Shown: positions 41,004-55,082 of the stretch, one piece after another
Layout: every line of letters starts with the position of its first letter
Position numbering within the stretch: the first letter of the stretch is position 1
The notes under the pieces: generated by a model
Seen by the model: only the letters and a program-made list of their open reading frames with translations
Databases searched by the model: none
Told to the model about the DNA's origin: nothing
Translations under genes and position numbers: made by a program
Origin: Marsupella aquatica
Lineage: Eukaryota > Plantae > Marchantiophyta
Length of the DNA stretch: 64,000 nt
Assembly: GCA_973895155.1 (NCBI GenBank)
Contig: OZ316892.1
Span: 9,652,283-9,716,282 of the forward strand
Reading direction: 5' to 3'

Positions 41004-43974
41004 AGTCCAATCAAGTATATCTCTCATACTAGTCTAACCACTTAGCCACTTTTCTTTTCTGGCAGTGTGATACTATTATATACCACGTCCTGACATGGGA
41101 GGGACGGAGAAGATAGGGGAGGGAAAGCGGGCAGGCAGTCCAAGTCTTTTTTTATTGACGGGCAAGCATCTAACGGCCTCTGACCAAACCTAACTGGTCA
41201 GAGGAGGCTAAACAGTACAAATTGTGACCACTTGGTGGATATAATGGTTTCAGTTTATTAATGTGTTTGTGGCCAATTTTGGGCCCCATCACCGAAGCGC
41301 ACTAAAGTATAGTTTTTAAAATAAAATAACAGCTACTGTAAGTGACTGTCTCGAGCGAGACCATGACTCTAAGGGTTTTCCCTCATGTCAGTAGCCTTTT
41401 CATTTGAGGCCCATAGTACTTTCTAATTTGCTTTTGCTAGGTGTAAGGGAGCCAGCCTGATTTTATTTTGTTTAGATTTAGAAGGTCATGGACCCAAGCC
41501 CCCATAAGCATGACTTTGTGGTAACTCACTTGAGTACAGATTAATAGGTCGGGTTCAACTATTGTGATAGACTGCCTTTTCTATGGGAGACTCTTCCCTT
41601 TGTATGGGGTTTCATAGATTTCTCTTTCTTATTCTTTTTTTCTTTTCTTTTTAAAAGGTCATGAACCCAAAAGCCTTAGATTTTCTTGCTAGAGGAGGGG
41701 GTGCAAGCATGAAAATCTCAGTCAGTCGTCTCATGCCATCCTTGAGATCTCATGTCATCCATGCATTTGAGGACAGCAAACAAAGGGGTCCAGTACTTAA
41801 TTGCATATCAAAATATCACATATACTTTTATATGTGATTAGAGATAGGGCAAACAAAGGGCTCCCCACATGCAAGTTGACTCTAAGGACCCAAATCCTCA
41901 CATGCAGGTTGACTCTAAGGACCCAGATGTTGTGGGGGGAGGAACTGGAAGGGGGATCATGATGGTATTCACCTTCTGCTTATGAGCAAAGCTTGGGCTA
42001 CTTTGACAAATTTCTAACATTTGGCATTTGCCACCCTTGAAAAGAAGGAAAACTGTCAAAATTACCCTCCAAGGGAGAGGGTAGAGGTTTTCTTATTGGC
42101 GGAAATTGCCTATCCTGACCTCAGTTTCTCAAGTGCAACTTTCACAAATGGGATTTATGGGAAAGTAACCCAATCAGTGTGTTCAGACCATTGTTGATAG
42201 TGAAGTGAAGTTGAGTGTAGGTGTTGTTGAGCAAAAGTGCTGTCGATGTAAGTGAGATGGTCAGGCAAGCAAACACTGCCAGGAGTCAACAAGTCAGCTT
42301 GGCAACTAGATTCAAGGAGTTTGCAAGTAGTGGAGACAATAAGAGGGTGGGCTAGAAAAGGCGCATAATAGTCTTTTCAGGCTATCTCGTTATTAAAGGA
42401 AAATTTCACCATAATCGAACAGCTAGGGAGGCTTAAGGACAAAATGACAGTTTGTGAACACGTTATGAGAGAAAAAGAGCGAGCAAGATTGCATATTATA
42501 GTGGTAAGAAAATCTGGAAAACATGCCAGAAACATAACCAAGCCAATTCAATAGGAATCTTGACAGTTGACAGTTGTGCGGCCAGGTAGCCACCCTGTCC
42601 CACTGGCCCCCACCCTCACTAGCAAATGTAACTAGTTTCTGAAGTAGTTATCATCGACAAAATTTGCAAATTCTGATCAACCCAAGTTATTCTATGTGAA
42701 TTTTCAGAAGGAAAGGTTTCCTACCAAGGAAAGACTTGATGGTGCCCTTCTACACTAGTGAAACAAGCCTGTGACAAGGCCCCTTTTAAACCCCTTCTTG
42801 GGGCCCCCAGTCCGTGCAGCCCCTCCCCTCGAACAGTTGGAGTGCTCCAGAGTCAATCTTTAGCTCTATTTGTCCCTGACCAGCCTATTTCTTAAAGATT
42901 TTATAATTGTTTCCTCTAGTGACTAATGTCACCTAGTGTGACATGCGACAGTCCAAGAAATTCCTTGTAATGTTTTTATTTGATTAATTTCTTACCATTA
43001 GCTCTCCCTAGATTTTAGAAGAACCGCCAGTTTCTGGCTAGTGGGGTCTCTCGAGGTGGGAAGTTAAAATTGATTGGCTAATTTTGCACATAAACTTACT
43101 CTCCACCAGGTGGCATTTATCACCGCCCCAAAAATTTAAAAACCTTAAGAACGAATAATTGGGATGCCAAGGAGATAGTTCATCGATGGCCTTCTTCTCT
43201 TTGAGCTTTGGTTGTTAGCAATTTCAGATTAGTCTAATGCAATTTGGAATTAGAGTTTGGACCAACACAGTTTAGAGATAAAATTTAGTGTTCACAATTG
43301 GGATACGTTAGTGAGATGTTTTGTTGACTGAACAAGTAAGTAGGATAGGAGAACTCGATCGTGTCTCCCCAAATAGGGTAGTTGGAAAAAAATGAATGGT
43401 TATAATATTCTCATGTTGTTACAGAAAGCCTTAGCCGTGTAGTAAAAACACTGGCTAAGTTTTGCTTGAGCCCCCGATACCCAGAATCTATTTGTTCTCC
43501 TTAAATCCAGGGAGATTTAATGGTCATGAATTAATCTAATAAAAAATATTAAAAATATTCTTAGGATCTTTTATTTGACACTAGTTGACATTTGACACTT
43601 AATAGTTTTTTGAACTGGCAAATATTTTTAAAAAGGTAAATAGGTTGGCTGGGACAAAAGGGCTGCAGGGTACCAGGCTGTCGGGATGATTGGAGGGAAT
43701 GTACTGGGGCTACAGGAAATGAGGGCCCCAACCAGTCCCTTTCACAAGAGGGGGCCTACCAGTCATGAATTTATTCCCTGAGGTGCTCCATCAAGTCTTT
43801 GGCTGAGTTTTCTACTTGTCACCGTGATCCTTATGAATGAGAACTCTTGCTCGCCAAGAAGTAAACCTTGGGTGGAGGACAGATTGCCACCCTTCCCCAA
43901 CGATGGTTCATAAGGTTACCATTACTCCGTACCAAAACAAGTATTGAAAAGAAAAACCATGTATTAAATATACA

Positions 43975-45268
43975 CTAGCTCAATACCCGTGCGTTGCACA
44001 AAAGAAGTCGTGTCGGTCAAGATGTTGTTGAGAAAAAAAGATGTCGTGTCAGCCAAGAGGTTGTTGAGAGAAAATACGTTGTGTCGGCCAAGAGGTCGTG
44101 GAGAGACAAGATGTTGTGTTGGCCAAGACATTGTTGAGGGAAAATACCCGTGCGTTGCACAAAAGATGTCATGTCGCCCAAGATGTTGTTATGTGAAAGA
44201 TGTCATGAAGTAAAAAGATGTTGTTAAGAAAAATGTGTCATTTTGCCAAAGATATCGTGAAGTAAAAGATGTTATAAGAAAAAAGGTGTCGTTTCATCCA
44301 AGTTGTCGTTATGTGAAAGACGTTTTGAAATAAAAAGTCAAGGAGAGAAGGAGCAAGTCTTTTTCATTGTTTTTCTTTTTTTACCCAAAATGCCCCTACA
44401 TTTGAATGACAACCACTCTATAAATTGGCACAACGTTATATTATCGGTTTCAGGTCTAGGGTTTGGCAAAGATGACCATTATGTTGGTATCCTTTCAATC
44501 CCCGTGTGTTGCATAAAAGATGTTGTTTGGTTAAAGACAACCACAAAAGTATAACAAAATGAGAGGAGTTTTTTTCCTTGTTCTTCCTTTTTTTCTCTTA
44601 TGTTCCTTTTAAACCTTAACCTCCCCATTTTCCCCATTTTCCTATTTTTGGTCTTAGTTCCCTTTTTCACATCCACCATCACTCCACTCGTTCGCCCCCT
44701 CCCCACCCATGTGAGGTCGAGGGGCTACCCTACATTGCGAGTGTGCCCCTCGCCCGAGACCTTGCCATCAACACCCATGCCATGCGCTTCACTATGTCTT
44801 TGGACCTTATTATTTTTGTTTTTTGGTATTGAAAATGACATTGCAAATGACCGTAAAAATCACCACAAATATTGGGAGAGTAGTTTTTTATTGATCTAGT
44901 GACTAAAATATTATTAGCAATTAAACTACTCTTACCAGTATTACAAAAAATTATGATGCACACAATATTGAATATGTACAATACAAAGTTGCATGTCAGT
45001 ATGTACAATACTTACTTGCATGGATGTATTCTCCTTCATCCTCATGCGTTGATTCTTTTACATTGTGTTAAAGTCTTTCACTTTTTTGGTGTCTGGTGTG
45101 ATTATTCTTGCTTGTCTTGGGCACTGTGCAATTTTTTATGACTCACACTAACTTACCTCAATTCACATTTTGGCTTTATTGCTTACCTTTGACCAAATTG
45201 TTTAAATTTTTGTGCCCTACAAATTTGAATGATGACCACTCTAAAAAGTGACACAACTGTGTATTATA
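43975..45268 (-). mobile_element. Non-autonomous Helitron(s) of the same family, probably two head-to-tail units
   Basis: a|ctagctcaatacccgtgcgttgcac 3' end at 43975; satellite 43995-44330; 5'-end-like ttgaatgac.accac...tattat at ~44448 and ~45268; second degenerate 3' hairpin at ~44501. Confidence 0.65.
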
Positions 45269-47659
45269 GTTCTTGATTAGCCATACAAGGAGAACATAAA
45301 CCAAAACACATGTCAATCAAATCATTTGGTTTGTAGATCATAAATATAATATTTTGGTTTATGGTCTGGTGTACACAGTGCATTAACTTGACATAGATTT
45401 AACATGCAGTAAAACAAAAGGCAGTTTCCACTTTGGCTACCTGGAAAATTTCTTAAGAAACAACCAGGGTGGAGGGTTTGTCCAAAAAGTATACAATCAA
45501 CTTACAATGTTGTACCACTAGGCCTTCTATGTTTCCTTACTCCCCTCCTTACTATAATGTTCTTCTAGTGCTTCTATAGCTACAGTAGTAGCCACTTGAG
45601 AGCAAATATTGAAAAATAATTAAGTAAACATCCTGCTTCAATCAAGACCTAGTGGCCACCATCCTGTTCAAATTATATTATATATATGATATAATATATA
45701 GAACACTGAGAAATAGCAAAAAGTGCCAAATGGAAGACATGATCCTAGAGGACATAGACCTAATGAAGGGAACTCCAAGACAAGGGAAAAGCCCATCAGA
45801 CCAAACTTAAGAGCAAAAGGTTTTCTAAATAAAAGCTCCATAAGACCAAAGAGAAAGTGTGAATCAGTTGAATAGTAAATGGAGCAGCTAGTTTTGTCCA
45901 GCAAAAAATGCCCTTCCTCTGAAAAATAAAAAGAATGTCCCCAAAAAATAGTGACCTAACACCACAACAGCCCCTCCCTTGTCCCCACTTGCATGTCAAT
46001 TGTCTTAAATGCAAGTTCCTCCCCTTTGGGGATGGTATACTTTTCTAGGTACCTTAAGTATTGCTAGATCAAATATTCTACTCCATGGTGTGCACTTTAC
46101 TCTTCCGTCTCTCCCCACTTTACTACCCGTGTACTGCTGCAACACCCTTTTCAAAAGATCTATAGGAAGATCTATGAGAAAATTAAAAAAATTGTGATGA
46201 ACTGGATAGCTGAGTAAGATATCTTGTTTTTTTTGTGTTTGTAAATATATAGATGATACCCACCTTTAATTGGGTTGATTATTATAGACTTAAATGTAAT
46301 TTTCCATTTTTCATGGGAGAAATTATATATTACATTACCACTAAAAAAAGGGTCAAACTGGGAGACAAAAAATACCTCTCAAACACACTTGTTAAAAATT
46401 CAATAAAAGAGGCCCTAACCAAAACTACATGGCCACAATATGTTGAATCATAAGGTTTTGACTCCATCATGAGACAAAGATGTTTCCAATATTTTGAATC
46501 AATAAGGTTTTGATACTGTCATGTTTTGACATTAATATTTCCAATATGTTTTGGGCTATTTTGTACAATCTTGTTTCCAACAAGTGAATACCCTCTAGGC
46601 CATCTTCTCTCAATTTCACTTTACACAAAGTCAGAAATCCAACAGGACCAGAATACTTCTTGAATGAGATTGCATAGATGGAGTGAATACAAAGGCAGAC
46701 TAAAGTGAAGTGGAGCGAGTGGACTGACAAGCATTTCAAGGCACAAATTAATCATCTCTTGCCGTAGCCCGATGTCTGGGGGACAGTGTTTTTTGGTAAG
46801 AGCATGTTGACTCTTATGAAATCAACCTTGCATGCCCATAGGTTCTACACTAAAACCAAAATGATAACTCTAATAACAAGGGTAGTGGGTATTAAGAAAG
46901 GTTCAGGTGATATTAATAATTTATTAAACTCTACTTCACCATACTTGCGGACCAACACCTCTTGAAAATTAACTTTTCTATGACATATGATCATATTTAA
47001 TATCTCCAAAAGAAAGTGAAAGAAGAATGTCATATGGACTCCTATTCAGATTCATGACTTTAATAGAAGACAAAGATAATGCGCTCTCATTCCTCTCGAT
47101 AAGACACCATTGGGTATACTATTGGTTTGTTAGAACCCATAACAACATCTGAAAATTGAGATCCAAACTGATAGGTTAAATATTGCTTTATGGATGGCTT
47201 GTCTAAAAGGAAGATTAAACAAAAAAGGGTTTATGAAAGGAAAGATTATGAATATCTCTCTTTCCTAGATTCATGATGGTTCTCTTGTTTTTTTGTTGTT
47301 TGGGCCAAATGATGGCCCACCCCTAAGTTTCCAAAGAGACCTTGTTTTCTAAGGTCCCATCTATAAGTCTACCACTCATTCCTTTGTTATTCGGGCCAAA
47401 GGACGCCTCACTACTATGTACATAAGGCAAAAAAATAGAAAAAAAAGATGAGAGATGAAAAGAAGATCACTTTGACGCGAGAATTATTAAAATATGAGAA
47501 TAAGAAGAGAGTGTTCTTCATCATTTTATTTATACTGAATATAAGAGAACATGGATTACGCCCAAACGCTTGGATAAAAACCAAGTGGCACACATCCAAC
47601 TTAGGAATGTTAACTAGTACTATTGCAATCAAAATAAATTATGGATGTAAATAAAAGGA

Positions 47660-48212
47660 CTAATACATGTTTGCACCTAAGACAATTTGTGCATGCATGC
47701 ACCTCGTGGCTTGCATATTTGCTCACCTTGCATGCACATAAAATAACTAATGCATAGAAATAAAATATTTTACATGCATTTAAAATAACTTATGCATGCA
47801 CCTTGTGGCTTGCACATTTGCTCATCTTGCATGTACATAAAATAATTAATACAATTTACATGCATCTAAAAGAATTTGTGCATGCACCTTGTAGTTTGCA
47901 TATTTGTTCACCTTGCATGCACATAAAATAACTAATGCATCCTAATAAAATAATTTTTGCATGCACTTTGTGGCTTGCATATTTGCTCACCTTGCATACA
48001 CATAAAACAACTAATACGTGCAAATAAAATGATTTGCATGTTCTAAAATAAATTGTGCATGCATTTTGTGGGTTACATATTTGCTCACCATGCATGCACA
48101 TAAAACGACTACTACATGCAAATAAAATAATTTGCACATGCATCTAAACAATTTGTGTATACATCTTGTGACTTGCATATTTGCTTACCTTGCATGCACA
48201 TAAAATAAATAA
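47660..48212. repeat. Tandem repeat, ~85-95-bp unit x6, rich in CATGCA
   Basis: gcatgcaccttgtggcttgcatatttgctcaccttgcatgcacataaaataactaat repeated. Confidence 0.88.
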
Positions 48213-48335
48213 TAGTCAAACTATTTAGTTATCCCATAACAAAATATAAACCTAACCTATATACTTAGTGATAGACTTGATTTCATCATGAATAATTGCA
48301 TTATCACAACACCAACTAACACGTGCACAGAAGGA

Positions 48336-50026
48336 TGTCAAGCCTGGATAAAACAGGCTGATGCAATTGGTAATTGACAAGCAAGAAGGCAGATTGATGG
48401 CCTATGGCCGTGTCGTGGGTAACTAACAAGCTTCTTCCTCAATGGCATGTGCTTTAGTTGCGGAACTCGATTACCCTAATACTTAGCTCCAACATCATTG
48501 ACTTTGATGCCAAACTCCTCTATGGTCTAGGCCTCCAGAACGGTAATCCTGTAGAGACTAAGTATGGAGAGACTAGTGGGCAATGAGGCATTGCACTAGC
48601 AAGGGCAAGGCGCAAGATATTGCACTAGCAAGGGCAAGGACTTAGACTAGCTTGGAGCTGGTTGGGTCATGGGAAGGGTCGGACTTAGGGTGGATTGTCT
48701 AGACCCCCAAACAAACTTTGAGTTTTGAGAGCTTGAGTGAAAGCTCCTTTTGGGCCCAAGGCACGTTAAAGAAATTTACTTCATGTGCAACGGATGTTTG
48801 AAGCATGAGATATGACGCAGCCTAGGTGTGGCCATCCAGGACTCCTAATTGACGATGGGTTTTGAGGGTCTAGGCATGGACACTAGGTTGGCCCAATCAC
48901 AACAGGCTAATGCACTTCATTGATGGAGGTTTAGTTAGAAAGTTATAGGCATAGCAAGTTAGTTGTGTGTTCATGTGTGCGAGTTGGAGTCTAGGTTGAG
49001 GGCTAAATATAGGGGACCAAAGCCGGTCCGGGGTGGCAGGTCTCCAAAAGTATATGTGAGGGGAATGGTGTCTCTTCAAGGGCTAAGTCATTAGTCACAG
49101 CAGTTGCAACACTAAGGAGAACGTCAAACAAAAATGACCATAACTTCTCAACGGGAAGTACGTTGGAGGACTTCTTGGATGCATTGGAAATTTTTTGAGG
49201 AAGACTAAATCCTTGTGAGCTCATTTGGATCTACGGGTGCCTTTGGGTCTCAAGTTTTGTGGGGGCTACATTGCCCACTTGCCAAATCTTGCCAAAAGAG
49301 TACGTAACCAAGCCGCGATGAGTTTTCCATGGGAACTTGTGTTGGGCAGACTATGCAGATTAGGCATGGATGTTGAGGCCCAAGTGCATTTGGCCCCTAG
49401 ATTCTCAGTTGGATGGAACCTTAGGGATGGTTACTAGAGTTGTGGCTAAACTGGTCTCGACGTTTATGACAAGCTTCGGGATGAGCTAGCTTATTTGGGC
49501 CTGGGGGCAGGGTGGTCAACTAGTGACAAATAGGAAGTGAGAAAGCACGGGGCGCACCCGTAGAGGGGTTGTTCTGGATAAACAGTGGATGTAGGCTCCA
49601 ATTTTGGTTTATGGTAAGGCCATGTGGGCCCAAGAGGTTCTATGTGTTGACCTACTTACCAATGTCGTTGAGCTTGAGTTGAGACACTAGTCTTGGAGTT
49701 TCTAGATCTTACGGGGTTACTTACCAAGGTGTTTGGTTGCTTGTGCAGACAATGAGGATCGTTGAACGACGATTGTGTTAGGGTGCAGCTTCATATGGGA
49801 GTTACCGCCGGAGGTGCTAGAGATACCAAGTTGCTTGCTCAAGGAGTTTTGTGTTGGCATTTGGGCACCAAGGGCACTTAGGCCAAGGGTATTGGGATTG
49901 GTGAGGGTGTTGGGTGGCTAGGTTGACCATTGCCTTTATGTTGCAGTTGGGCTACCCCAGATCTGGGCTTGAGTGTAAGTTAAAGGTATGGTGTAGAGGA
50001 GCTTGGCGGATGTGTTAGGCTTGAAA
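48336..50026. mobile_element. Possible decayed solo LTR (~1.7 kb)
   Basis: Ends tgtcaagcct ... aggcttgaaa form a 9/10 inverted match; non-coding; no matching TSD. Confidence 0.35.
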
Positions 50027-51585
50027 ACCTCATTCCAAGGAAAATCTCATATCACACATATGTTTTTGGGTAAGAAACACCCCTCCGGGTCCTCACTTCT
50101 TTTCTTTCGACCCATCATGCACAAATAAGTAAACAATTTTATTGGGTTTAGTGAAAGGCTTGTAAAAATTTTTGGAAGAACATAGAGGTGGTTTAATCAA
50201 TAATATGGTAAAAAACAATTTAGGGGTAAATAAGCAAATAAGTTAGGGGTAAAAAACACATTGTTAATGTTTTAGGATGTTGATTCCCCTAAAACTTTAC
50301 GTGTGATATGGGAACTTCTTGGAGTGAGGCCCCTCAAGAACACCCTAAAACATAAGAAAACTAGCCCCATGGCTGCGAGTTGCACAAAAGATGTCAAGGT
50401 GTTTGGCTCCATGTTGTCAATGAAAAAGATGGTCAAAACAAAAGGTCAAAAAGTTGTTGTGACAACGACAAAGATTCTATGAACATGGAAGTAAAATAAC
50501 CCATAGGGAGCAGGGGAGGGAAACATAAAATGAATGTCCCATAAAAAATGCCCAAGAAATGGGAGAACCAATTGGACAATGGACCAACCCAATGCAAAGT
50601 GAGAGGAGGATAAATGATTAGCCGTAGCCAAATAAAATCCCATATCCCTCTAAAACAAACGCAACATGGGATGGCCAGAGTCAACAAACAAATAACCAAC
50701 CCTAAATACCCTATTTTCTAGCCAGGATGAAAAGAATTTGAGGCCATTAGAAAAAACTTACCTCCTCAAGATAAGAAAAATCACTCACCCCTCAAAAACA
50801 GAAAAAGTATAGGTTGCCCCTTTTGTTGGGGGAAATTTAGTTATATGGCTTACCTTTAAAAAATTAGAAAAAATGTCAAGGATGTTAAGACCAAAAAAGA
50901 GACAAAATTTGTGAGTTATTTCTTGTTGTCGAGGAGTGTTAACGTGTGTACTTAAACGAATTAGAAATGGTGTTAGGAATGTTAGAAATAAGAAGCCGTG
51001 AAAGAAAGGAATATTGGTTACGGTATCTTGTTGGGAGTTTCACCATGTGTCATATTTTTAATTAAAAATGTAAAAAAAAGAGGAGTTAGTGGTGTCATAT
51101 TCTTAATTAAAAAATGTCAAAACAGAGAGGAATTAAAACAAAACTATCTACAAAGAATAGACACAACCACTGGGCAAGGGTTCTACATGCATAGGGATTG
51201 AGACAGGATAGAAGGCAAGGTACTATCCTTGCCATGGAAAGCAAGGCGTACATTGAGGCCTGGATCTGTTTTCCTTCCAAGATCCATGCTTGTGGGCAAA
51301 GTAGGTGAGCAACCAAAGAGGGTGCATTAAGGGCTTGATTTTGTGATTCAAGGGTTCCCCAAAAGCATTAAACAAGCTAGTGGGTGTGTATCACTCCCAC
51401 CCAAAGCTGTTTTTGTAAACGGACGAAGGACATCATACTCAATAGTTTTGTTGTTTGCGACACCCAAACACATATCCAAATTGCAATGTCAAATAGGTCA
51501 AAAATTAACTTTAAAAATGAATGGAGCCATGGCCATTCTGTATACATGCAACTAATTCTATTACTACTATCCCAATGCGTTCCAC

Positions 51586-51756
51586 TTGGGTCACAATGTT
51601 TCTAGATGTGCCATTGCTTTGGAATTCAATAGAATCCCAAAGTATTTTGTTAAAGTCCAAAATCAACAACTTGGGTCACAATGTTTCTAGATGTGCCATT
51701 GCTTTGGAATTCAATAGAATCCCAAAGTATTTTGCTAAAGTCCAAAATCAACAACT
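51586..51756. repeat. Tandem duplication, 84-85 bp x2
   Basis: cttgggtcacaatgtttctagatgtgcc...aaagtccaaaatcaacaac occurs twice. Confidence 0.9.
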
Positions 51757-52059
51757 TCCACTTGACGGGACAAGGTCTCAATTGTGTAAGTACACTAAAT
51801 ACCACTCTTAGAGAAAAAACTGAAATTGAACTTTGGATTGAGATTGTCTCAATCCAAAAATACAAGACAAAGGCCAATAACAAAGAAAACTTACATACCT
51901 TTTTTAGAAGCCCCCAAAGAGCATAGGTGGATACCGAGGGTCTAATTGTGCAATGCATTATGTGAGACCAAGAAGTATTTTAGATTGGTATGAAAAAATA
52001 GTAAGTCAAACGGCTGGATTTCAGTCCAAAATACGAGATTGGCATTCATTAATAATGTC

Positions 52060-52180
52060 AGCACCAAGCCCATGTTCGATTTTATAATTGACATCGGAAG
52101 TACTTTGTTCTACCCAATAAGGTGAAGTCCAAACAGGAGTTATCAATCTCAATTTCCCCCTCTTATATTCCTCCCTATTT
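52060..52180 (-). pseudogene. Ty3/gypsy integrase C-terminal (GPY/F-like) remnant
   Basis: KLRLITPVWTSPYWVEQSTSDVNYKI resembles the KL..W.GPY.V....SDVNY.I motif. The surrounding frames are disrupted. Confidence 0.45.
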
Positions 52181-53725
52181 AGAATCAATGGAGCAACATC
52201 CAATGATATTTCCTGGCCTCTATTTGGCCCACTTTCCACACGTAACTTTGTGCATCACGTTCAAGCGACCTCCATCTAGTTGATCTAACCCCGGATCTAA
52301 CTCTATTCCCTTTCATTTTTGATAGCGGAAGAACAATTGGACTTCCAGAGTGTGAACAAACAAACACCAAGTTGTCATCAAAAGTTGAAATGAGTGTGTT
52401 AGGACAAGTTGAAGCACCTGCCTGGTTGTCAGCAACCGTCGATGCACTTATTCCTGGAATGATGAGAATCTCACTAAATGTGCCAGTCTTCCCTGGACTC
52501 AATTCTTGTGTTTTGGCTTCACTTGAATCTCCTTTCCTCACTGCGCCTTCATCGACCACATTGGTTAAAAAAAGATGATCAAATGTATCAACTCTCGCTT
52601 CTTCCATTTGGTCCATGTGTCCTCCTGACATTTTTGGATTGAGATCATCCCTATCCAAGTTATCATTAACAAGGTCTTCATTGGGGCCCAAAGGGCCATC
52701 AGCTTAACCGGATGAACGGTTTGGTGCAAGTCCAATGTCATCATCAACATTGTAAGGCTCACCCTGACCAACACAATCATCCAAATTCTTCACATATGCC
52801 CCCTCCAATGCCTTTACGCCTATAACTGATTTGTCAACACCATCTTCTTTGGACTCCGAATCATCTAATTCAACGTGGACAGCTTTAGGGGCCACAATGG
52901 GTGCCCATTAATTGAGAACTTTAAGCAAGTGAATCACAATGCACTTTGATTAAAGGGATGCTCTCACAAAGGATAAAATGATTGGTCAACAGTGGTCACC
53001 TTGCACCATTTCTTGCATCAAATGGTCAAAAACCTTGTTTTGACCATCAGAATGGTAGATGGTCGATCAACCCTGATTGATCTAGCGCTCTACAACCCTC
53101 CACATTGGGGCCAGTCCCTTGCAATCATCCTGCCCATTCTGTTTTGCTTCTGTTTAATTTGATAGAAAGAGACTTACCCCAAGTTGGAGGCAGCAGCAGG
53201 TGAGCAAATTAGGGTCAAGGTCAGTTTCAGCAAGTGCTAGGTCGCCGAGCTAACCTGAGTGAGTTTGCTCCGACCCTGGTTAGAACTCAAGCAAAATACA
53301 AATTAAGCTAAAAAGAGTGACAAAGTATATATCTCCTCACAAAACTAGACTACAACCTTATAAATTTCAGAATCAAGGAAACCCAACTCCTTGAGTTGAA
53401 TGAGAGGGGAGGCCATTTTATAGGACTCACTCGAGGAATACACTCAAAATTTGTCATGACTAGTCAAATGCATGTTTGCGTGTCATCTTTGGAACAAAGG
53501 CGTAAAACCTGCTGTTCGAGGAAATTTAAACCTTTCATTTGAGTCCATAGTAGTTTCAAATGTCCATCCTGGCATCAAACAAAAGTTTGTGTCCCATTCG
53601 CTCTTCGTTAATTAATTTAATTACTTCATGAAATTTCATTTACCATGATGATTCTTTGCCTTGGTTTGTAAATTTTCTCTGTCGTTGGATGAAGAGGGAT
53701 CGGGCGGCCATCTGCTTCGCCAACC

Positions 53726-53734
53726 AAACCCTAA
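53726..53734 (+). promoter_or_regulatory. Telo-box upstream of RPS13
   Basis: AAACCCTAA ~170 bp before the ATG; typical of plant ribosomal-protein promoters/leaders. Confidence 0.7.
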
Positions 53735-53901
53735 GTTCCATCCATCCCAAGACTTTAGTTCGCGCTCTCAGCCCTTCGGCAATTTGTGTGTCTCGCTTTG
53801 CGGTCCTTCCTTTCTCGTCTGGTTCGTCACTTCGCCGTCTCGTCTGTCGCAGCAGAAGAGGAGCAGCAACAGCAGCAGGCGCTTTCTTCAAGCTCGTCAC
53901 C

Positions 53902-55082
53902 ATGGGGCGTATGCACAGTCGCGGGTAAGTGCTCTCTATGTCTTCCTTCACACAAGCTCAGATTTGTATACTTCTGTTCTTTGAATTTTTTTGAGGTTTC
54001 CTTCGCTTCCTTCTAGCCCATATCGTTGTGGTTGCGGGTGAAGTGCTATCTGTCCTTCCTCCACGATAGCTCAGGTTCGCCATTGTGATCTTGTCGCCTG
54101 GTTTTGTGTTTATGTTATGGTTTACAGAGCTCAAATTCCCGAATCAAATTTTTCAGAATTTCGTCTGTTCTAAGAGATACTTCTTTCGTTTTTGTGACAT
54201 TGAGGATCTTCTAGTGGTCTGCTGCAATTTTCATTGACGTTTGTTTTGCGACGTTTTGCGTGAGGCAGGAAGGGTATGTCCTCTTCGGCTCTGCCATACA
54301 AGAGGAATCCTCCCAGTTGGTTGAAGATCACCTCCCAAGAGGTATACGCTACCGAATTTGATTGTCGCTGGTCGTCTATGAAGGCAGTGGACCTATAATG
54401 TGTACAATTGCATGTTGCGCGTTCTGTTAGGGTTTCCGTCTCATACGGGATGGGTCACTGTGATCTAAATTCCTGCCTTGTGTGTCAGGTTGAGGATCAT
54501 ATCTGCAGGCTCGCCAAAAAGGGTTTGACCCCCTCGCAGATTGGTGTCATTCTTAGGGATTCTCACGGTATCTCCCAAGTCAAGAGCGTTTCCGGCAGCA
54601 AGATCCTTCGTATCCTCAAGGGGCACGGTACTTTCTCGTCGGATAATCTTCATCTCTGTTATAAATTGCTTGGCTTGGTTGTGAAGCTGTCGACAGTCGT
54701 CGAAGAGCTAATTTTTCGTTATCTTCTACAGGTCTAGGTCCTGAAATTCCCGAAGACTTGTATCACTTGATCAAGAAGGCAGTCGCTGTGAGGAAGCATT
54801 TAGAAAGAAATCGCAAGGATAAGGACTCTAAGTTCCGGCTCATTTTGATCGAGAGCCGAGTACACCGCCTTGCTAGATACTACAAGCGGACCAAGAAGCT
54901 CCCCCCCACCTGGAAGTAGTAAGTTTTCGAGACCTGCATTTTGGATCTTCCAATTATTGTTGTTCCTTGATCCGTCGAATGTTGGCTTCTTTTAATGTTC
55001 ATCTGGATACATAGCTCTAACTACTGTCAACTTCTCTTATTTTTGCAGCGAGTCTGCCACAGCCAGCACTTTGGTAGCATAG
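53902..55082 (+). CDS. RPS13: 40S ribosomal protein S13 (uS15), 5 exons
   Basis: Exons 53902-53924, 54269-54341, 54489-54627, 54732-54918, 55049-55082. [20 protein letters not shown]...[16 protein letters not shown]...[38 protein letters not shown]...[13 protein letters not shown]. Confidence 0.98.

Noticed and set aside
42230-42290. Zinc-knuckle-like CRCK*DGQASKHC fragment
   Set aside because: Interrupted by a stop and too short to assign
52185-52895. Acidic 168-aa and adjacent ORFs
   Set aside because: No diagnostic motif; fragmented frames next to the gypsy IN-like remnant, probably decayed TE
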